IMG/VR virus record: IMGVR_UViG_3300032323_001214
Span: 124,001 to 188,000 of that record
Reading direction: 5' to 3' (one strand)
Length of the DNA: 64,000 bases
Shown: piece by piece, positions 25,725 to 35,612 of the stretch
How the letters are laid out: the number at the start of each line of letters is the position of its first letter
Position numbering within the stretch: the first letter of the stretch is position 1
Notes under the pieces: model-generated
Told to the model about the DNA's origin: nothing
The model's input: only the letters and a program-made list of their open reading frames with translations
Database searches by the model: none
Position numbers and translations under genes: made by a program

Positions 25725-27566
25725 ATGGCCTATCCAGAACCAAGTAACGTTGCGCCGTGGTATTTACGCAACATCAATCAAGCATTAGCATTAGATGAAG
25801 CATCCGGGAACGTTTTTGTTCGTACTGGATTCGAAGGTAATATTATCATTACTGGTAATGTTGAAATTCCAGGCACAGTAACAGTAAATAGTTCTGCTGA
25901 AGATCCCGTACACGTTCACCTAGATGAAATTGGTACATCCGGTATTCTTGATGTACCTTATATGCCAATCGGCGGCAATGTAATAGTAACTTCAGGTAAC
26001 ATTAATGCTAATGTAACTGGTAGTAATGTTGGATTAACTGGTAATCTTGCTGGTATAACGGGTAATGTTAATATTGGCACTATGCCGGCAATTACGGGTA
26101 ATGTAAATGCTAATATTACCGGTGGCAATGTTAATGCCGCAGTAACCGGTACAGTGACAGTAAGCACTATATCATCTAATGTTACTGTGGTAGACGGTGG
26201 TGGTAGTTTAACTATTGACGGTAATGTTGGAGTTACCGGTAATGTTAACATTGGCACAATGCCAAATGTTAATGCAAACATCACTGGTGGCAATGTAACC
26301 GTAAGTCAGGGTACAAATCCATGGGTAGTGACTGGTAATCTTACTGCTACTATCGACAATAACACTAGTGTAATCATTTCAGGCTTCAGTGGTGCAACAA
26401 GTGATGCGTTTGGTAGATTGCGTGTAAGCGAACCATATACACTATTTGATACTCAATCTCGCTATTACGATCATGGTCAATTTTCTAGTTCAATATCAGG
26501 CACCGCTAATGTGGTGTATGTAGAAGCACAAAGTTCTTTCCAATTAAATGTAGGAACTACTAACGGTGATTCAGTAATTAGAGAAACAAAACGAGTTTTT
26601 CCTTATCAACCTGGTAAGAGCCAACTAACATTAAACACATTCTGTTTCAGCACACCCAAAACAAACTTGCGTCAGCGTGTTGGTTTGTTTGGTGCCACTG
26701 ATGGTGTGTTCTTTGAGAATGACGGAACATATAATTATATGGTTATTCGTTCAGGGTCCACTGGGGTAGAAGAACGAGTAAGACAAGATGCTTGGAATGG
26801 TGATAGGTTGACAGGTGCCGGCGGAGTCAACAATCCATCAGGAATTACATTATATCCAGATCGTACACAGATTTATTATGCTGATGTTGAATGGTTAGGT
26901 GTAGGTAGTGTACGTGTTGGATTTGTTATCAACGGAGCTTATGTACTATGCCACACATTTAACCACGCTAACCAAACTGGCAATACCAAAGTGTATATGA
27001 CCACTGCTACATTACCAATTCGTTATGAGATAACTAACACGGGCGCAACTGCTGGTGCTAGTATGATGACGCAAATTTGTAGTACAGTTATCAGTGAGGG
27101 TGGTTACAACAGTTTTGGAACTACACAAACAGCAGGAACCGGCACCACACAAAAACGATTAGCTAACGCAAATACATATTATCCTGTTGTAAGCATTAGA
27201 TTGGCATCAAATAGATTAGATAGTATTGTTTTCCCTAGACAGGTTGATGTATTAAGCCCTAGTGTTAACTACTACCGCTGGGTATTGTTGCTGAATCCAA
27301 CATTAACCGGTGCTACTTTTGCCGGAACCAGTCCAACTGGTACGGTCCAATATGATTTGGCAGCCACAGCGATATCGGGTGGAACAGAAATTCAATCAGG
27401 ATATGCTGCATCCAGAGAACTTACTCAACTGAGTGCTATTGACTTCTTCCAGTTTCAATTAGGAAGAACATTAGCTGGTGTTAGTGATGTTGTTACATTG
27501 GCTCTTGCTGCTACTGCAAATAACGCTGATGTACTAGCTGAGTTGGGCTGGCAAGAATTAACTTAA
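25725..27566 (+). CDS. Virion structural protein with N/V/T/G-rich repeats
   Basis: Repeated VTGNVNIGTMP..NANITGGNV units; beta-rich C-terminal domain starting DAFGRLRVSEP; late promoter upstream. Confidence 0.65.
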   Translation: MAYPEPSNVAPWYLRNINQALALDEASGNVFVRTGFEGNIIITGNVEIPGTVTVNSSAEDPVHVHLDEIGTSGILDVPYMPIGGNVIVTSGNINANVTGSNVGLTGNLAGITGNVNIGTMPAITGNVNANITGGNVNAAVTGTVTVSTISSNVTVVDGGGSLTIDGNVGVTGNVNIGTMPNVNANITGGNVTVSQGTNPWVVTGNLTATIDNNTSVIISGFSGATSDAFGRLRVSEPYTLFDTQSRYYDHGQFSSSISGTANVVYVEAQSSFQLNVGTTNGDSVIRETKRVFPYQPGKSQLTLNTFCFSTPKTNLRQRVGLFGATDGVFFENDGTYNYMVIRSGSTGVEERVRQDAWNGDRLTGAGGVNNPSGITLYPDRTQIYYADVEWLGVGSVRVGFVINGAYVLCHTFNHANQTGNTKVYMTTATLPIRYEITNTGATAGASMMTQICSTVISEGGYNSFGTTQTAGTGTTQKRLANANTYYPVVSIRLASNRLDSIVFPRQVDVLSPSVNYYRWVLLLNPTLTGATFAGTSPTGTVQYDLAATAISGGTEIQSGYAASRELTQLSAIDFFQFQLGRTLAGVSDVVTLALAATANNADVLAELGWQELT

Positions 27567-27594
27567 TAGGTTAATGCCCAAATAAATACTCATT

Positions 27595-29142
27595 ATGAGT
27601 AACGCACCTTCGTTAGTTAAAAATCCTTATACTAAAACAGTTTTTAAAACTGATAAAGAACTACAGGATTTCATCAAATGCTGTGATCCGGATACAGGTT
27701 ATCTATACTTCATGGATAACTTCTTCTACATACAACACCCTACAAAGGGTAGTATGTTGTATCATCCATGGGATTATCAAAAACGATTGATTGATACATA
27801 TCATAGATATCGCTATTCGATCAGCCTGATGCCTCGTCAATCAGGTAAGTCTACATCAGCCGCAGGATACTTACTTTGGTACGCAATGTTTTGTCCAGAC
27901 AGTACTATCTTAGTTGCCGCACACAAGTATACAGGCGCACAAGAGATTATGCAACGGATACGCTATGCATATGAAAATTGTCCTGACTACATTAAAGCAG
28001 GTGTAACAACATATAATAAAGGCTCACTAGACTTTGAGAACGGCAGTCGTATCGTTTCGGCAACCACTACTGAAAATACTGGTCGTGGTATGTCTATTAC
28101 ACTACTATACCTAGACGAATTTGCATTCGTTCGTCCAAGTATTGCTAAAGAATTCTGGACAGCTATTACACCCACATTGTCAACTGGTGGTAAAGCAATT
28201 ATTACAAGTACCCCAAACAGCGATGAAGATCAGTTTGCGTTCATTTGGAAAAGTGCTAACAAGACAGAAGATGAGTTTGGTAACACTACTGAACTTGGCA
28301 TAAATGGCTTTAGAGCATATAGAGCATATTGGAATGAACAGCCTGGTAGAGATCAAAAGTGGGCTGATGAAATGAAAGCACAGCTTGGTGAGGATCGTTT
28401 CAACCGAGAGATTGGTTGCGAGTTTATTATTGCTGATGAAACATTGATTAATCCAAACACACTAATTCAGTTAGAAGGTATTGAACCTATATCACGCATG
28501 GGTCAAGTACGCTGGTATAAGAAGCCTACAAAGGGCAATATATATTGTGTAGGTCTAGATCCAAGTTTAGGCACGGGTGGTGATCCAGCCGCAATTCAAA
28601 TATTTGAAGCAAACACTACTACACAAATAGGTGAATGGAAACACAATAAAACCGATATCCCTAATCAAATCAAGCTATTAGCTGAAATTAACAAATATAT
28701 AGTAGAATGCACCGGTGAACCCAATAGTATATATTATTCTGTAGAAAACAACAGTATAGGAGAGGCTTCACTTATATCACTCAATGAATACGGAGAAAGT
28801 AATATCCCGGGTTTATTTTTGAGCGAAGCTGGTAAAAAGCGTAAGGGCTTCAATACTACTCAAAAAGTCAAATTAACTGCTTGTGCTAAATTTAAAACAT
28901 TATTAGAGAGCAAAAAAATGAAGATCCATAGTAGGTCTTTAATTAGTGAATTAAAAGCATTTGTTGCTAATGGCGGAAGTTATGCGGCTAAAATAGGCGA
29001 TACTGACGATTTGGTCATGAGTTCATTGTTGGTGATTAGAATGCTACAAACATTAAGCGATTATCACTATAATTTGGAAGAACAGATTAGAGATCACGAT
29101 GAATATATCGCACCCTTACCGTTTTTTGCTGTTATATCCTAA
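27595..29142 (+). CDS. terL: Terminase large subunit
   Basis: LMPRQSGKST Walker A, LYLDEFAFV Walker B, TSTPN, GLDPSLG, DDLVMS. Confidence 0.96.
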   Translation: MSNAPSLVKNPYTKTVFKTDKELQDFIKCCDPDTGYLYFMDNFFYIQHPTKGSMLYHPWDYQKRLIDTYHRYRYSISLMPRQSGKSTSAAGYLLWYAMFCPDSTILVAAHKYTGAQEIMQRIRYAYENCPDYIKAGVTTYNKGSLDFENGSRIVSATTTENTGRGMSITLLYLDEFAFVRPSIAKEFWTAITPTLSTGGKAIITSTPNSDEDQFAFIWKSANKTEDEFGNTTELGINGFRAYRAYWNEQPGRDQKWADEMKAQLGEDRFNREIGCEFIIADETLINPNTLIQLEGIEPISRMGQVRWYKKPTKGNIYCVGLDPSLGTGGDPAAIQIFEANTTTQIGEWKHNKTDIPNQIKLLAEINKYIVECTGEPNSIYYSVENNSIGEASLISLNEYGESNIPGLFLSEAGKKRKGFNTTQKVKLTACAKFKTLLESKKMKIHSRSLISELKAFVANGGSYAAKIGDTDDLVMSSLLVIRMLQTLSDYHYNLEEQIRDHDEYIAPLPFFAVIS

Positions 29143-29161
29143 GGAAAAAGATAAATACATT

Positions 29162-31459
29162 ATGCCAAAAAGCAACGACTCAATAAACCGTGAATTATTT
29201 GACCTATTAAGCACCCGTGGGTATAGACCTACCATGCTTGATACCTCAGGTAAGGAAATTCCAGTACCGGAAGAAGCTGAAGTCTTTCAATTTAATTTTG
29301 TCAAAGACGATGTAGATTATGGTGTAGTCACTATATCTATTGATGGACTACACAAACTAGTCATATATTTTAATGATAAAATAGCAGATAGCGAAAAAGA
29401 AACATCAGATACTGATGATGTGTCTTGGTATAGGTTGTTAAATCACTTAAAACGTTTTGCAAAAAACCGTCAACTTAGCTTCCAAGTTAAAAATACAGAC
29501 CATTTGAAACATGATATGGCGAAAAGGGATCATATGAAAAAATTAGACGAAGGATATTACCCAATGGGTAAAAATAAGAGTTACAGTGATGCTGTTCCTC
29601 AAGTTAAAATTGTTATCGAACACACTAGAAATATAGTCGAAGGTGAACAACGATATCGCAATGTAGCCCGTATATTTGTAGAAAACACTGACGGAGAGCG
29701 TTTCTTGTTACCTACAACTAAGCCAGGTATCGCTAGAGTTTATGCTAGACACATAGCTGAAGGTGGCACACCATATGATGATAGAGCCAATCATATTACA
29801 TCACTTGTTGAAGAATACAACAAAATGGCAGGATTCGTTCGTGCTACTAGAAACGGTCAATTTAATGAATCTGCACAACGTCTAGTATTAGAGGGTGCAA
29901 ATCACTATACTAAATTACGTGAGACATTAAGTCGTATGGCTGGTAGTAGAGGTTACAATACATATTTTGAAAGTTGGACTCCATCATTGATGGAAGATGA
30001 AATTGAAGAAGCTAACCTGAATGAATTGTTTGTTCAAGAAACACTTGACCCTCGTATTGAAAGTGTAATGCCAATATTATCTAAGTTACAAAAGAACTTA
30101 GGTGAAATGAAAGAAGTTAATGCGTTGGCTGAATGGGCAGATAGTTTGCTTGAGGGCGGTGATGGTGGTGAAGCGAGTGAAGAACCGCCCGAGTCCAAAG
30201 AAGGTGAAACTGCCGAAGACGGTAATGAATCTCCGGAAGATGATTTGTCAGAAGCTGCTGGTGCAGAAACATTAGCACATAATGATGAAACTGAAGAAGG
30301 TAACTTAAAAGCTTTTGACTTAGACGAAGGTATATTAGATACTGTTAAAAAAGTCGGTGGTAAAGTGCTAGACAAACTAGGTCACAGTAGTGATGAAGAT
30401 TTGTTGAAAGACTTGAAAAAGAGAGCAGGCGTCCGTAACCCAGAAACAGGGAAACCAAGTATGGCACAATCTGATGTTGAGAAGCGTGTCGATGAAGTTG
30501 ACATGGGTCAGTATGATGCTCGTAAATCAACTACCAAAGGTGAAACTACTCCGGAACAGGAAAAAAGCTTCCGTGAAAAAGTAAAGCAATATTCTAAAGA
30601 ATTAGAGCAACGTCAAAATAAAAAGCAAGGCATGACAGAAAGCAATTCTTGGGATCGGTTATCAGGTGATACTAGCAATGTAGATCCTGAACATCTGGAA
30701 TATTTACAAAAACAAGCTGAGATTTCAAGAAGAACAGGGTTAGCAGTTGGTGATCGTGTTACCTTAAAAAATAGACCTGGCTTTGAAGGCGAAATAGTAC
30801 ACGATTGGGGCGGTGGAGATTATACTATTTCCGGTGAAGGTGGTGGAATGAAGCAAAGCAATAATCATAGAGCAAATGCAAGGATTATACAAAAAATCCA
30901 AGGCATGGCGGAAGGCGGTGCAAAAGATCGTCAATGGTCTAACAAAGACATGGAGAGGTTGCGTGTTGCCACCCGAGACTTTGATGATATAATGGCATCT
31001 GATGGGCCTGACCAAACCAAACAAGATTTAATCAAGAAGCGAATTCAAACAAAACCCATGGCAGGTCCCAGGGGAGTATTGCCCGAGCAAGGTGTAGCGG
31101 AAGCAGCAACACCAGCCAGTGTCAGCAAAGTATTGAGACTAATACAACGACATAAACCAGAATGGTTTGACAATTATGGCATAGGCGAAGTTGAAGACGT
31201 TGTAGTTGATATGGCAGAAATGGGTCAGTTTCGAGGCACGAGCGATCGGGTCGCCATGGCTCTAGTAGGCCAAGAACTTGAATCAATGTACGGTCAGCAA
31301 GGTATGGCAGAAGGTGAGTTTGCAGGCGACTATGCTACAGGTGAAGCAGGTCAATGGCGTAACAAAGGACCCAAAGCACACAAACCGGCAACAATCGGTG
31401 ATTTAGTTGGTGAAGGCCAAGAAGACTTAAACGCAATAAAGCGTTTATTGGGTAAGTAA
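29162..31459 (+). CDS. Large acidic putative head/core protein with a modular C-terminal half
   Basis: Late promoter 4 nt before ATG; four QG(M/V)(A/T)E motifs delimit short modules. Confidence 0.6.
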   Translation: MPKSNDSINRELFDLLSTRGYRPTMLDTSGKEIPVPEEAEVFQFNFVKDDVDYGVVTISIDGLHKLVIYFNDKIADSEKETSDTDDVSWYRLLNHLKRFAKNRQLSFQVKNTDHLKHDMAKRDHMKKLDEGYYPMGKNKSYSDAVPQVKIVIEHTRNIVEGEQRYRNVARIFVENTDGERFLLPTTKPGIARVYARHIAEGGTPYDDRANHITSLVEEYNKMAGFVRATRNGQFNESAQRLVLEGANHYTKLRETLSRMAGSRGYNTYFESWTPSLMEDEIEEANLNELFVQETLDPRIESVMPILSKLQKNLGEMKEVNALAEWADSLLEGGDGGEASEEPPESKEGETAEDGNESPEDDLSEAAGAETLAHNDETEEGNLKAFDLDEGILDTVKKVGGKVLDKLGHSSDEDLLKDLKKRAGVRNPETGKPSMAQSDVEKRVDEVDMGQYDARKSTTKGETTPEQEKSFREKVKQYSKELEQRQNKKQGMTESNSWDRLSGDTSNVDPEHLEYLQKQAEISRRTGLAVGDRVTLKNRPGFEGEIVHDWGGGDYTISGEGGGMKQSNNHRANARIIQKIQGMAEGGAKDRQWSNKDMERLRVATRDFDDIMASDGPDQTKQDLIKKRIQTKPMAGPRGVLPEQGVAEAATPASVSKVLRLIQRHKPEWFDNYGIGEVEDVVVDMAEMGQFRGTSDRVAMALVGQELESMYGQQGMAEGEFAGDYATGEAGQWRNKGPKAHKPATIGDLVGEGQEDLNAIKRLLGK
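30626..31314 (+). repeat. Four dispersed CAAGG(C/T)(A/G)T(G/A)(G/A)C(A/G)GAA repeats
   Basis: Copies start at 30626, 30899, 31088 and 31298; spacings 273, 189 and 210 nt are all in frame. Confidence 0.75.
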
Positions 31460-31514
31460 GTTCACAAAAACCTCACATAAAAAGTGAGGTTTACCATATC
31501 TGGCATAAATATAC

Positions 31515-31543
31515 TTGACACTAGAAGAAAGTACTGCTATACT
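31515..31543 (+). promoter_or_regulatory. sigma70 promoter for gp32
   Basis: TTGACA-N17-TATACT with extended TG. Confidence 0.85.
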
Positions 31544-31621
31544 TACTCTTGTGTTAGTCACTAATAGGTAGTGGCGACTATTAAAAAAAGAGACCATCTC
31601 AATTTATAAGGAAATAAAATC

Positions 31622-32620
31622 ATGGCATCATTAGCAGAAATTCGTGCTCGTATCGCGGCACAAGAAAACAAGTCACAAAACAAGGGTTCTAACACCCAAA
31701 CAGACAATTCAGTTTACCCCCACTGGAATATGGATGAAGGCACTACTGCTACAATTCGTTTCTTGCCGGATGGTGATTCAAAGAATGATTTCTTCTGGGT
31801 TGAAAAACAAATCATCAAATTGCCATTTAATGGCGTCAAAGGTGATCCTAATATCAAACAAACAGTTGTACAAGTTCCATGCATGGAAATGTATGGCGAT
31901 GCTTGCCCTATCTTGGCAGAAGTTCGTCCTTGGTACAAAGACGAAACATTGAAAGAAATGGCAAACAAATACTGGAAGAAGCGTAGTTATTTGTTTCAGG
32001 GCTTTGTTCGTCAAAACCCACTAGGCGATGACAAGACTCCTGCAAATCCTATTCGTAGATTCATCATCAGCCCACAAATCATTCCAATCGTTAAAGCTGG
32101 ATTGATGGATCCAGAGATTGAAGAATTGCCAACAGATTTTATGCGTGGTCTTGATTTTAATATTAAGAAAACGTCTAAAGGCGGTTATGCAGATTATTCT
32201 ACAAGTAACTGGGCACGTAAAGAAAGTGCATTGACCGAAGCAGAACAAACCGCTATTGAAGCACACGGCTTGTTCAACTTGAAAGACTTCTTGCCTAAGA
32301 AGCCTACAGAGGCAGAAGTACGTATCATCAAAGAAATGTTTGAAGCATCAGTAGATGGTCAGCCATTCGACAATGAGCGTTGGGGTGCATACTATCGTCC
32401 TTATGGACTAGAGGCCCCATCTGGAGCGACAGCGGAAAAACCAACAGCGTCTGCTGGTACCAGCGCCCCCGCAGTGGCATCTAGTACTGAATCAACTCCA
32501 CCTTGGGAAGATGAACCAGTCGCAACTACTGCACCTATTCAAGTACCAAGCGCGGGTACGTCAAGTGACAAAGCACAAGACATTCTAGCAATGATTCGTG
32601 CTAGACAAAACAAGTCTTGA
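31622..32620 (+). CDS. gp32: T4 gp32-like single-stranded DNA-binding protein
   Basis: ATIRFLPD, VPC.EMYGDACPI (Zn site), YWKKRSY, RGLDFNIKK..KGGYADYSTS; acidic/Pro-rich tail. Confidence 0.92.
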   Translation: MASLAEIRARIAAQENKSQNKGSNTQTDNSVYPHWNMDEGTTATIRFLPDGDSKNDFFWVEKQIIKLPFNGVKGDPNIKQTVVQVPCMEMYGDACPILAEVRPWYKDETLKEMANKYWKKRSYLFQGFVRQNPLGDDKTPANPIRRFIISPQIIPIVKAGLMDPEIEELPTDFMRGLDFNIKKTSKGGYADYSTSNWARKESALTEAEQTAIEAHGLFNLKDFLPKKPTEAEVRIIKEMFEASVDGQPFDNERWGAYYRPYGLEAPSGATAEKPTASAGTSAPAVASSTESTPPWEDEPVATTAPIQVPSAGTSSDKAQDILAMIRARQNKS

Positions 32621-32628
32621 TAGGTGAT

Positions 32629-32650
32629 AGGGGCTTCGGCCCCTTCCTTA
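32629..32650 (+). terminator. Intrinsic terminator with UUCG loop
   Basis: AGGGGC-ttcg-GCCCCT-TCCTT. Confidence 0.8.
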
Positions 32651-32660
32651 GGAGAACAAC

Positions 32661-32888
32661 ATGACACTACCTGATGAACGCTACCGCGCCCTTAAACAAG
32701 GTAAAAAGTTATTGGAAGAATTATGCGACCCCGGTCGTACTCCTCGTGTTCCTAGCCTTGTTAGGGACAGAGCAAGAGGTGCATTGCGACATTACCCATC
32801 TGACTATGAATTGGAGCGTATGGCAGAAAAATGCCCCGAATTACTTGATACACAACCATTTGGTGTGTACACTACAATAAACAAATAA
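32661..32888 (+). CDS. Hypothetical protein
   Basis: GGAG Shine-Dalgarno; MTLPDERYRA...RARGALRHYP. Confidence 0.8.
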   Translation: MTLPDERYRALKQGKKLLEELCDPGRTPRVPSLVRDRARGALRHYPSDYELERMAEKCPELLDTQPFGVYTTINK

Positions 32889-32896
32889 GGATTATA

Positions 32897-33091
32897 ATGG
32901 CAAAAAAACTAAGTAAACTAGCAAAAGTAAATGAATCATTTACTGTTAATCGTTATGACAACGGCTACATGATTGAAGTCGGTGGAAGAGACAAAGAAAA
33001 TGATTGGAAGACTGCTAAGGTAATGTGTGCCACTGATGCAGAACTCTTTGACGTAATCAAAGAAGCACTATCAATGGAATTGGATAATTAA
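32897..33091 (+). CDS. Hypothetical protein
   Basis: AAGGA Shine-Dalgarno; 64 aa. Confidence 0.75.
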   Translation: MAKKLSKLAKVNESFTVNRYDNGYMIEVGGRDKENDWKTAKVMCATDAELFDVIKEALSMELDN

Positions 33092-33092
33092 A

Positions 33093-34160
33093 ATGGCAAA
33101 ACCTTTTGATATCAGTAAATTCCGTAAGGACATTACAAAAAGTATTGATGGTCTATCAATAGGATTCAACGATCCTACTGATTGGATCTCGACAGGAAAT
33201 TATGCTCTCAACTATCTCATTAGTGGTGATTTTAATAAAGGCGTTCCTCTTGGTAAAGTTACTGTCTTTGCCGGAGAGTCAGGAGCAGGAAAGAGTTTCA
33301 TCTGCTCAGGAAACCTTGTTAGACACGCACAAGAACAAGGAATCTTTGTAGTCTTAATCGATACAGAAAATGCACTTGATGAAGCATGGCTACATGCTCT
33401 CGGTGTATCAACAGCAGAAGATAAACTATTGAAACTAAACATGGCTATGATTGATGACGTAGCTAAAACTATTTCAGAGTTTATGAAGTCATACAAAACA
33501 TTACCTGAAACAGATAAACCTAAAGTCTTATTTGTGCTTGACTCATTGGGTATGTTGTTGACACCCACTGACGTTAATCAGTTTGAAGCAGGTGATATGA
33601 AAGGTGATATGGGTCGTAAACCCAAAGCACTAACAGCACTTGTTCGTAACTGTGTTAATATGTTCGGTAGTCACAATGTAGGATTAGTTGCGACTAATCA
33701 CACGTATGCTTCACAAGATATGTTTGACCCAGATGATAAAATCAGTGGTGGTCAAGGCTTTGTTTATGCATCAAGTATTGTTGTTGCTATGAAGAAATTG
33801 AAACTGAAAGAAGATGAAGATGGTAATAAGATTAGTGATGTTCGAGGTATTCGTGCGTCATGTAAGATTATGAAAACTCGTTATGCGAAACCATTTGAAT
33901 CTGTGCAAGTTAAGATTCCTTATGAAACAGGTATGAGTCCTTACTCAGGTATGCTAGACATGATTGAGAAGGCTGAACTTGTTAAGAAAGAAGGCAACAG
34001 TCTTGTGTACACAACACTTGACGGTGAAATCATTAAGAAGTTTCGTAAAGCATGGGAAGCAAATGCAGATGGATGCTTAGACAAAGTTATGAGCGAATAT
34101 GGACAAAAGGCAACAACAAAGATAAGTAATGTAACATCGGAGGAGGATGTTGCAGAATGA
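33093..34160 (+). CDS. uvsX: UvsX/RecA-like recombinase
   Basis: ISTGNYALN, GESGAGKS, LIDTENA, VLDSLG, NHTY, SGGQGFVYASSIV. Confidence 0.96.
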   Translation: MAKPFDISKFRKDITKSIDGLSIGFNDPTDWISTGNYALNYLISGDFNKGVPLGKVTVFAGESGAGKSFICSGNLVRHAQEQGIFVVLIDTENALDEAWLHALGVSTAEDKLLKLNMAMIDDVAKTISEFMKSYKTLPETDKPKVLFVLDSLGMLLTPTDVNQFEAGDMKGDMGRKPKALTALVRNCVNMFGSHNVGLVATNHTYASQDMFDPDDKISGGQGFVYASSIVVAMKKLKLKEDEDGNKISDVRGIRASCKIMKTRYAKPFESVQVKIPYETGMSPYSGMLDMIEKAELVKKEGNSLVYTTLDGEIIKKFRKAWEANADGCLDKVMSEYGQKATTKISNVTSEEDVAE

Positions 34161-34408
34161 ACTTAGATTTTGTTGCAGAAGTATGGGACGCATTGCGTTC
34201 TCATATTGATTTCAATGACCGTAGCGATGCGGCCGATTCACTAGTCAATCTACTGATTGATAATAATTACGAAGCTGAAGATATCAAAGACGCCTTTAAA
34301 GGTGAAAAAGAAGTGCTAACTGCTGTTAAAGAGTATATGGCACAACAAGATACTGAAGAATCGTATGAAGATTATGATGAAGATGACGCAGACGAAGACT
34401 GGGATTAA
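34157..34408 (+). CDS. Acidic hypothetical protein
   Basis: ATGA-coupled, 83 aa. Confidence 0.75.
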   Translation: MNLDFVAEVWDALRSHIDFNDRSDAADSLVNLLIDNNYEAEDIKDAFKGEKEVLTAVKEYMAQQDTEESYEDYDEDDADEDWD

Positions 34409-34867
34409 ATGAATTGGTATACACGCATCACCCAAAATCTTGGTGTGATACCCGATTTCATAACTCACTATGAAGCTGAATTAATTTCGGCTAAACATGA
34501 AGTCAAGATATACGGCAATGTTGAAAAGAACATTGCCGCTATCCCTGGCGTCACTGAACATCGTTTCAATCAACTACAAGAGATAGAAGCCGTATTGAAC
34601 TATCTCAATATTCAATTACGGAAAATTCGCCGAAAACATTTTCAAAAATATTTAGAAGCGTATAATAGAGCATTGACAAGTCGTGATGCTGAAAAGTATG
34701 CTGAAGGTGAAGATGAAGTTATTGATATGGAAGTATTGATTAACGAAGTAGCACTATTACGTAATAGATGGCTTGGCATTATGAAGGCTTTGGAATCAAA
34801 GAATTTTATGCTAGGTCACATTGTTCGTTTGAGGGCGGCCGGAATGGAAGATATATCAATGCCTTGA
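34409..34867 (+). CDS. uvsY: UvsY-like recombination mediator
   Basis: Helical; KYLEAY.RAL..RDAEKY.EGEDEV..., GIMKALESKNFMLGHIVRLRAAG; located next to uvsX. Confidence 0.8.
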   Translation: MNWYTRITQNLGVIPDFITHYEAELISAKHEVKIYGNVEKNIAAIPGVTEHRFNQLQEIEAVLNYLNIQLRKIRRKHFQKYLEAYNRALTSRDAEKYAEGEDEVIDMEVLINEVALLRNRWLGIMKALESKNFMLGHIVRLRAAGMEDISMP

Positions 34868-34891
34868 TAAATAGATTAGAGGCGAAACAAA

Positions 34892-35554
34892 ATGTCAACA
34901 ATCTACTATGTATATCAATTAATCGATCCAAATACCGATCAACCATTTTATATAGGAAAGGGCAAGGGAGACCGAGCCCTTTCCCATTTAACACCAAATA
35001 AAAAGACCAACAATCCGCGAAAGGATGCTAAAATTGCTGAGATTAGAAGTTGCGGGCATGAACCTAAAATAATATACTTGTTTGAAAATCTTATGGATAC
35101 AGAAGCATATGTCAAAGAAGAAGAATTAATTAAGACTTTGGGAAGAATAGGATATGATGAAAATGGAATTTTAACTAATATAAAACTTAATGCAAAACCA
35201 CCTTCACAAAAAGGAAAAAAGAGAGTTTTTTCCGAAGAACATAAAAAAAAGCTATCAGCAAAATTAAAAGGCAAGAAAAAAACAACACCACCCTGGAATA
35301 AAGGTTTGACTAAAGATTCTGATAATAGGATTAAAGAAGGTGCAAAAAATAGAAGTATAGTAGGAAATCTTCATCAAGTAGGTCAACAATATTCTGATGA
35401 CCGAGTACAAAAAATAAAAGAAAAGCTAACCGGAAGAACAATGACAGACACCCAAATAGAAAAAATGTCAGTAGCAAAAAAGGGAAAGACATGGGAAGAA
35501 ATCTTTGGTGAAGAAGGAGCCAAACTTCGCCGCAATAGGGTAAAAAAAGTTTGA
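34892..35554 (+). CDS. GIY-YIG (LEM-3-like) homing endonuclease with NUMOD3-like tail
   Basis: YYVYQLIDP..DQPFYIGKG...R...H, EA...E..LI...GR, ILTN; SEEHKKKLS and PWNKGL motifs; own late promoter. Confidence 0.88.
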   Translation: MSTIYYVYQLIDPNTDQPFYIGKGKGDRALSHLTPNKKTNNPRKDAKIAEIRSCGHEPKIIYLFENLMDTEAYVKEEELIKTLGRIGYDENGILTNIKLNAKPPSQKGKKRVFSEEHKKKLSAKLKGKKKTTPPWNKGLTKDSDNRIKEGAKNRSIVGNLHQVGQQYSDDRVQKIKEKLTGRTMTDTQIEKMSVAKKGKTWEEIFGEEGAKLRRNRVKKV

Positions 35555-35579
35555 CATTTACTGCCATATAAGATATACT
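35551..35579 (+). promoter_or_regulatory. Early promoter
   Basis: TTGACA-N17-TATACT. Confidence 0.8.
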
Positions 35580-35612
35580 ATATTTTATCGAATACATATC
35601 GATAGGATAAAA

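Noticed and set aside
29162-31459. Portal protein call based on position after terminase
   Set aside because: No gp20-like motifs are recognisable, and the acidic modular C-terminal half does not fit a portal.
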